Below are positions 55,702 to 64,000 of a stretch of 64,000 nucleotides of DNA, one piece after another. This DNA is from Octopus vulgaris (taxonomy: Eukaryota): assembly GCA_951406725.2 (NCBI GenBank), contig OX597815.1:83142001-83206000 (forward strand), written 5' to 3'. The notes beneath the pieces are model-generated. The model did not search any database. It was not told the origin of the DNA and saw only the letters and a program-made list of their open reading frames with translations. Both the position numbers and the translations under genes were made by a program. Every line of letters starts with the position of its first letter. Position 1 is the first letter of the stretch.

Positions 55702-55740
<39 letters not shown>

Positions 55741-56557
55741 TGAGTGACAGACAGACAGACAGACAGAGAGAGACAGAGAGACAGAGGGAGTGAGAGAGAA
55801 AGTGAGAGAGAGAGAGAAAGCCTATCTACTTACCTGTAAAGGAAAGCACAAAAGCGTCATGTACTACTTCCCCTGTTCAGAAAATGGATGAAACATACCA
55901 TAATAGGAATCTAATAATAAACTTTCCATTATTTTCCGCATCCATATGTGATTCTAATTAACGACCACAGCATTTCTTACAACATCCAATAATACAACCT
56001 CACGAACTTTCACATTCTAGAAATCCTGTTATTGTGGAGAACACCATGTTATATTCTGATGTTTCCGTTCGAAGCTATCAACAGGAATCCTTACAGAATT
56101 ATCATATGAAGTTTATTAGACATCAATATATGGACAAAGTACATCATGAAGATTTTAACACTACCTAAGAGATTTCAGTCTTTTCCTTGTGTGATATAAA
56201 TGAAATTGTCATATTAAGATTAAGGCGTTTAATCTATGCAATTAAGTACATTGTTCAAGCGAAAAGATATTTTACTTGCATGCATTGTCCCGTTTGTGAG
56301 CCGAATCTGAAACAAATATTTTCTTACGACATGCTCAGGGTGCCACAAATGTACATTTATTCCTTCCACATGACCAAGGCGCACTATTTCAGATTCTCCT
56401 TCCTACTCAGCTGAAATGAGTACAAAGCTCACTCCAGATTTCTAAACCTTGATCACACGGTGCGGCCGAGAATTCCACTATGCCTGAAATCTACCACAAG
56501 CCACCTAAAGCATATTCAGCAAAAACACGGAACATATATTTATAGATATGTGAATAA

Positions 56558-56641
<84 letters not shown>

Positions 56642-56879
56642 GTCCCTGAATATCTTATGCGATTGGTGCTTTTCTGTGGCTATGCGAGCTATGTATATTA
56701 GCTCTTATAACTAGCAATTGCAGGTGCTATTTTGCACCTTCATTCATGAATTATGATTTTTGGTTTTAATTGCTATAGCTACCTATAGTATAATGTATTT
56801 AATATACCATAATATATTGATATACTATTATATCTCATTGTATTTATATGTGTGTATGTGCGCGTGCGTATATATGTGT

Positions 56880-57150
56880 TCTTTCTCTCTTTATCCGCTC
56901 AGTCGAAGTCGACTCTCGGTCACTCGTTGGATCAGTGTCCTCCAGTCAGTTCTATCCTGAGCCGCTTCTTTCAGATTGGCTATGTCCATTCCGGTATCAC
57001 TCTTGATGGTGTCAAGCCAGTGGGTTCTTGGTCGGCCTCTTCCTCTCTTGCCACTGACCATTCCCAGCATGATGTCCTTCTCCAGGGATTTTCTCCGCAT
57101 AATATGACCGACATATGCCAATCTATGCTTGGTGATCCTAGCTTCTAGCG
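56880..57150 (-). pseudogene. 5'-truncated RTE-clade LINE 3' end
   Basis: RLAYVGHIMRR..LEKDIMLGMVSGKRGRGRPRTHWLDTIK..AQDRTDWR..RL. Confidence 0.9.
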
Positions 57151-57924
57151 ACGTTTTCGGCATATATATATATATTCTGTTAAGAACGTGGTAGAGTACC
57201 GAATAAAGCTCATCCACCTTCAGATTTCACCCTGTTCTATTTAGTAGTAGTATTATACTTACTTCCAGATTTGCGTTTGGGTTTCTGTAGTGCGTGAATA
57301 GATAATTGAAAAAGTTAATTGAAAAAGTACGTCTACATATCTGTATATGCGTATATTTGTGTGCGTGTGTGTGTGTCTGTGTGTGCGCGTGTGTGTGTCT
57401 CCGAGCATGAGTATGTTTATGGATGCATATGTGTGCGAGCATGTATGTGTAGGTATGTGCCTGCTGTTAAAGGTCAGCCAAGAACATAGCAAGTTAACCA
57501 ACCTTGAAGTAAAAATCAACAGTACAAATGAAATCAACTGACAATCCCTTTAAAACGACAACACTTTAAGAGTATCAAAACCACCATCCCACCCCATCCA
57601 CGCATTCAAAGCAGTTTGCCAACGGACCTTTAGCCAAAACACATCTTTTGATTCACTGAGTGGCTACTGACAACTCCTGGCCACGACAGACAGATCAGGT
57701 GCACTTAAAGCTGAGGATTCGAATTTACGGAGAAAATATTTATATATCGTCTGAGGAAACACAACAAGATCTCATAATGCAGGGAAATGGTTACATAAAC
57801 AAATACCAGCCAGCGTGGAGAAGTACGTTGCGAAGAAACTATTGTAGTGATTGCAAGTAAAGGTTCAACCGTACTCATTCTTGTTGACTGCACTTTTTCG
57901 ATTATATATATATATATATATATC

Positions 57925-59110
57925 ACGATGGAAGGGAAATCCTGTCGCATTTTTGATGTGATCAGTTTGAGAATTTTTTAATACTAACTGTAATTAATTA
58001 AAAAAAAAATACTCTAGTGTTATTTCCTCCTTCCCATATTGCTTAATACCATACTGGCTAAATTAGTATTGATTTTAAACTTCTGAAATGAGTTTAGATC
58101 AGACCTCTAACAGACTCGGCAATCCTCTTCAAAGAGGCACGAAATATTTGTTCTGCTTAGGGAAATTAAGCTTAAAGTATCAGAATATGCTAACGATGGA
58201 TTGGCCAAGTTTGCCAAGGAATTTTCTTCTTTCTTTTTAAATACTACTCGACCCGAAGGACCAATTTCTGACAATATTGAACTATAAAGCTTAATTGAGG
58301 AAACTTCAATGTAGAATGCGTAAGAATTTGCAAAAAAACTTCACTTCAAGTCACACTTTCGCCATAAAGTAATCCTATGAACTAAGAAAGGTGTCACACT
58401 TTTGTCAGTGGTCCCCTCATAATCTGATCGTTGCTCAGCGTGATCAAATAGATGCCGTTTTCTTGTCATTGGAGAACAGGCTTACTACCAAAATAGTTCT
58501 AGGTAGAATCATCATGTGGTGAAAAGTTAGTTCTCTATAACATCCAATTAAAATATCAATGTTTAGCGCCCAATGAAAATGAACAGTTCATTCTCAAACC
58601 ATGTCTAAACTCTAAAAATATTATGCTCTATAATTGGATGGATATAAAATTCGTTTTTATCGTGAAGTTTTAAACCGAAGCGAAAGAGTTAGTGTGGAGA
58701 AGTATTGTCACCAATTGGATATATTGCACAAAAAATCGCTGGAAAATCACACATCATTAAGGAATCACAAACGGCGGTTGCTCTTACAAAATAATACATC
58801 ACTGCATGGAAACATTTGCCCAAGTCACCGGAGAAAATATTGTGGAAAAAAATACGGACTGTTAGTCTCATCTTCAATAATCTACAGAACTTGCTTCGTC
58901 TGAATACCATCTTTGCACGTCATTGACACACGATTTCCAGAGAAAACAGCTTAGTAATTGGTGAGAGCTTAAAAATGATATCGTGTGTTTCTTTGCTTCA
59001 AAACCTGTAAAATCTTACGTAAGAAAAGTTAAGAATTTGCCAAATACGCGACATAATGTTATCAATAATAAGATTTAGAGCAGAAATATGATTTCGCTTA
59101 AATTTATAAA
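57925..59110 (+). pseudogene. Decayed mariner transposase
   Basis: WSPHNL (~58408, WVPHEL-like), a decayed TGDEKW region at ~58505-58535, LLQNNTSLH (HDNARPH-like), STELASSEYHL (SPDLAPSDYHLF-like, ~58881). Confidence 0.8.
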
Positions 59111-59178
59111 ATTAAGATTAAAGAAGCATTTGTTACTCCTCCATATTGAAATGTGACAACTTATGTGCGTGTGTATGT

Positions 59179-59299
<121 letters not shown>

Positions 59300-60258
59300 T
59301 ATAGATAAGCTTTGGTGTGTGTGTATTTGTATATATATACATGTATGCATGCATGTATGCACGCAAGTATATATATATGCATATATGTATATAAATATGC
59401 GCACGATGCAAGCTTTACGATAGATGTAATATGTTGTTTATAGTTGCAGGCATATCAAATAATTTGCTTTCTGACAAATTTGTTTGTTACGTACACTGTG
59501 TAGTTATGGAGTAGCTTCCTTCTGATGAAATCGCGCCAGAATGCTGAGAGTATGATTATATCGCACCCATAAACATTGCTCTCACTAGACATTTTTCCTC
59601 AAGATTTAAAAAATGGAATAATCCAATATAATGGTAGTCTTTGATAATTTGCATTATATATCATAATTAAATTCTAGTATATTTCTATTTGAACTACCCT
59701 AAAACACTAAAGGTTTTATAGTTAAAATCATACTGCCCTCACTTGCTCCAGTGTTTTGCGTGTTGTATGTATTCTTCTGTCTTAACTCTTGATCACAATT
59801 TGACAAGTTGTAAATAATGAAAAATGAAATCATGTTCAATATAACAGACCGACGCGCAGAAACATGATTATTTCCGAGTGATTGAACTTTATAAAACTTT
59901 GGCCAATAATATAAATATCTTGTGTGTGTGTGTATTCATATATGTATATATAATTATATATGTGTGTACGTATGTATGTATATATGCATATGTATATATT
60001 TACACATGCATATGTATATGAGTTTGTATGTATGTATGTATAAGTTGGCGTTTGTGATGAATAGAAAATATGATACATACCATTGCTTGCATTCATATTT
60101 AGATCAGAGTTCTTTAATATGAATAGTCATAATGTAATTTTTGAAAGAAAATAAAATTCATAAACGTCATGTTCAAAATCTATATGTGTTAGATATGCCG
60201 TATGCATTCCAGAACGAAAATTAGAATAAGTCATTAATGCCCGTGCACACACCCATGT

Positions 60259-60316
<58 letters not shown>

Positions 60317-60466
60317 AATATTATATGTACGTGCGTATGTGTACACACACATTAATATATTTGTATATATGTGTGTATTTATATATGATATATATGTTTA
60401 TATACACACACAAATACTCACGTAGGCACACAAGCATACACACACACAAACACACATACACACACG

Positions 60467-60525
<59 letters not shown>

Positions 60526-61254
60526 TTCGAGATTTTTGTGTCTGTGTGTTGTTGTTCAAACGTAAAAAATCAATAATAATACAGACAGATCGAAATATAA
60601 AAAAAGAGTATGAAATTCACATTAATGCCAAAATCCTGTTCCAGAGTATTGCTTTGTTTAAGAAAACCAACACATTTTTGGGAAAAGTGATACACAGCCA
60701 TGAATTCCATACGTAATAGGGTGACTGGCTCCGTAATGGATTTTAAAACATAAAACCGGTTGTCTAAGACAAGCAATGATTACTTAAACTACTGACGCGG
60801 AACTGGCCATAAAAAGATTTTCATAACAGACACGCCTTTGTACTTCGACAGAAATCGTTTTTCACTACTCATTTAATGCATTTTATTCTATTTTATATTT
60901 TCTTTCTTTTTCCCCATTTACAGTATTTTCTATTGAAATTAAAATGTTATCTCTATGAGTTTGGGTTTTGTTCAAATGCTAACCGCTATATTATTCATTT
61001 ATTTATTCATTTATTTTGTTTCTCCATTTATCCGGTTACTTAACGATATATGGATTTTAAAACTATCTAGAATATAAAAAGACCACGAATACATACATAC
61101 ATACATATATATGCTTATATCTATCTACCTATCTATCTATCTATCAATTTATATATATACATATATATAATATACATATGGTGTGTAGTTGTTTGTGTGC
61201 TTATTCATTTGAAAATCGACAAGAAGAACACAGGAAAATTGAATGTGGTATGAA

Positions 61255-61512
61255 TAATCAAACGTTTCGAAAAGAGTCCTCCTTCACAGAAATTTTCGCA
61301 GGAAAAAAATAAGAGACAGTACAGTTTTACATCTTCGGTATATGAGAAAATGACTGCAAGTGATGAAGAACGCAAGCCAACGGGAGCTTCATAAGTCGAC
61401 AGGAATTAGTTTGGGAAGAGAAATTAGTTTGGTGAGAGAGATGGAAAGAAGAGAAATTGAAGGGTGAGAAGAGGTGGGCGAAGGCGAGAATGAGATAAGG
61501 AGGAGAATCTTA

Positions 61513-61565
<53 letters not shown>

Positions 61566-61990
61566 AAAGGGATTTACGAATAAATAGGAGGTGCAGGATT
61601 AAAACGGGGAAACATTCATTTAAACACCTATGTGATATGGTACCAAGCTCGAATATGAAACATTGTTCCTCCCATTTGTTTGAATATGCAGACCGGTACT
61701 GTGTAAAAATGTTACTCACTGATAAGTAAATACTGAAATGATCTGTTGTGTTCAGGTGGGTGCTGATGTGTTGGCTAGATGTACATAGTAATGTGCTTTG
61801 GATGTGCAACCGAAAGAGGTCTACATGGTGACAACCTTTTTCACCCATATAAAGAATATCAATCTTTAAAAAAAACAGACGTAGATCAATACCAACCAGC
61901 TAGGAATTTATTTTATCTGACTATAATCTGTGAACCAGCACCTTCCCTGCGTGAAGACTCAAATGTTTCAACTGGAATTTGTACAATACC
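61255..61990 (-). mobile_element. 3' remnant of a Penelope-like element: GIY-YIG, pyrimidine-rich UTR and degenerate hammerhead
   Basis: YMGEKG..HLN..DH..EEQCFIFELGT..LN (ORF 61510-61848); CUG-UGA-AGGAG-GA-CUCUU..GAAAC-GUU at ~61261-61292. Confidence 0.65.
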
Positions 61991-62459
61991 ATGATAAGTT
62001 ATCAATGATCTCTCTCATATGCTTGAATTTACCTCAATTTTCCCTTAATATCTATTACGAAAACATTTTGTAGAAAGCAAGGCGCAATATAAAATTAATG
62101 GAAAAATCCAATCGTCACTAATTGTGGCTATATTCATTTATTTGTTTTTGTATACGCATTAGCATTTCGTTAAATCATACAGAGATTTCTATGGTAAATA
62201 CATATATGCTGATTAGCGGAATTAGCCGACACTAACCGATTCGATTGCTCTTACTAAAAAAAGCCTACAAAAATATCCGAAACTAGACGTCAAGTCTGAA
62301 AGATTCACGATTCAGTCACGGTTCGGTTTCTTCCCCTGTTAGCGTATGCGTATACATCTGCGGTCTTCCTACAGTACAAGAAGTATTTCACTCCTATTTC
62401 TAGCAATGTACGTGTCTCGGTACACTTGGTCACATTTATGAGGCTACTGAATATATATG

Positions 62460-62518
<59 letters not shown>

Positions 62519-63216
62519 GTGTGTGTGTGCGTGTATGTGTGTGTGTGGTGTTTTGCTAAGTGTTGCAGTTTAGTTGTAATAGTAAGATACTAGGACCAAA
62601 CAAAAGAATTAAATAAATTTATTAGGTTACATATTTAATATGAATAGTTACATTCCCTTCATTCAATATTCTGTTAAATATGGATATGTTTTGATGCGAT
62701 TCCAGACATTTTGGGCTGGCATGGTTGCTACTTAGAAAAGGATCTTTAGAAATTTATTATATGTTAAAGAAGTATGATAAACGTTATATGATAAACTCGT
62801 CTGCTAATAGTTTTGAATCAATTAAATAATAACGCAGTTTCAGTCCTGATTGACAAGTTTCAAACTGAGCACGATCATAATACGCATAACTGATTGTAAT
62901 TGAACTAACACATTAGGTTAAAGAGTGTAAGATGTGTGTGTGTTCAATAAAGAAATGTTTAAGATTTAAAAAATTATATGCAATATAAGAATTCACATTA
63001 ATTCAAGAGCGATCGGCACAAATTCAATTTCACTTTGGTTTTTTGCAATAATTTGCTTCATTAAGCTTGTAAGATTTACGCTTCGGTGTAAATTAAATTT
63101 CATATGACTTGAGATTTCTTCTGTCTTCAAATATCAGCATTTCTTGTAATGATTTTCCTTCCATTGAATGTTCTGTCACGTCCATCGAGAATGGAGATTC
63201 TCATACTGATATTGTT

Positions 63217-63256
<40 letters not shown>

Positions 63257-64000
63257 TCTAAGAGGGATAACCACTACATGGACATCCATTATGCTACAAG
63301 TAGATCCGCTATGGTCTTGCCTCTAAGAAAGGAATGTTCTCAAGAAAATTTCGCAAGCGGCAGAACGTAAGCGAGCAAGACAAATGAAAAGAAACAAAAT
63401 ATAGATTAATCATAAACTTACGTAATTGTCCGTAGCTTATCAGTATGATCGCCTTTGGAAATATAATTTACAGAACTTTACACGAAACGTCCGCATGAAA
63501 TTGAACATGTATACAGTTCTACCAATTACACTTGGGGTTATCTTTCAAAAGTCTTCTAATATGGAAAAGCCGATATATTTATTCACTGCCGACAGGGAGC
63601 TGCGCTTGCGAGGTAGATTTGAAAAATTAGAATGTATAAGCACGGGGCATATACTGGATTGTATCGTGTATATATATTTAATCTAAGGTGTACCTGCTGA
63701 GGAAGGCATCGCCTAACAAATTATTTTGTTTGCTAAAAGAAGTCTGAAAACTTTGTTTCAGGAGTTAGATGGTAAATGTTTTTACTTTTCATTCCCTTTG
63801 ATATTTTATCTCTAATTGTGGTTCATAATTTAACTGTCCTCTCTAGCGTGCAGGTAGTCCTATGATTGCTAACTCTTATGTGTTTAAATGTACACTGTAT
63901 TTATATGAATAATATATAGTCTATTGAGTAAATATTTACACACTAGGCCATTGGAAATGGAACTTTCTAATATTTCCGATAACCCTTTGATATTATTAAT

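Noticed and set aside
63695-63720. Hammerhead-like CTGAGGA-AGGC-ATC-GCCT
   Set aside because: The GAAA core, stem III and cleavage triplet are missing

Overview
Repeat-dominated, very AT-rich eukaryotic non-genic DNA (intergenic or a large intron). The dense (TA)n/(CA)n microsatellites and the SINE families suggest an octopus/cephalopod genome, which is an inference. No host protein-coding exon could be supported; almost all long ORFs are microsatellite translations or decayed transposon genes. Recognisable content: tRNA-derived SINEs of three types, L1/Tx1, CR1 and RTE LINE remnants, Penelope-like elements (RT, GIY-YIG, minimal hammerhead motifs), an ORF1-only zinc-knuckle retroelement, Chapaev3-like, mariner and Tc1-like transposase remnants, several MITEs, a non-autonomous Helitron and a 100-N assembly gap. 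The most notable feature is at 41501-42481. It is a near-identical 360-bp tandem unit plus a fold-back inverted copy, inserted in a (TA)n tract. Each copy carries a type I hammerhead ribozyme motif (variant CCGACGA core) at the tip of a long rod-like stem, making it a candidate non-LTR retrozyme / viroid-like circular RNA locus. All calls were made by eye, so the boundaries of decayed elements are approximate.
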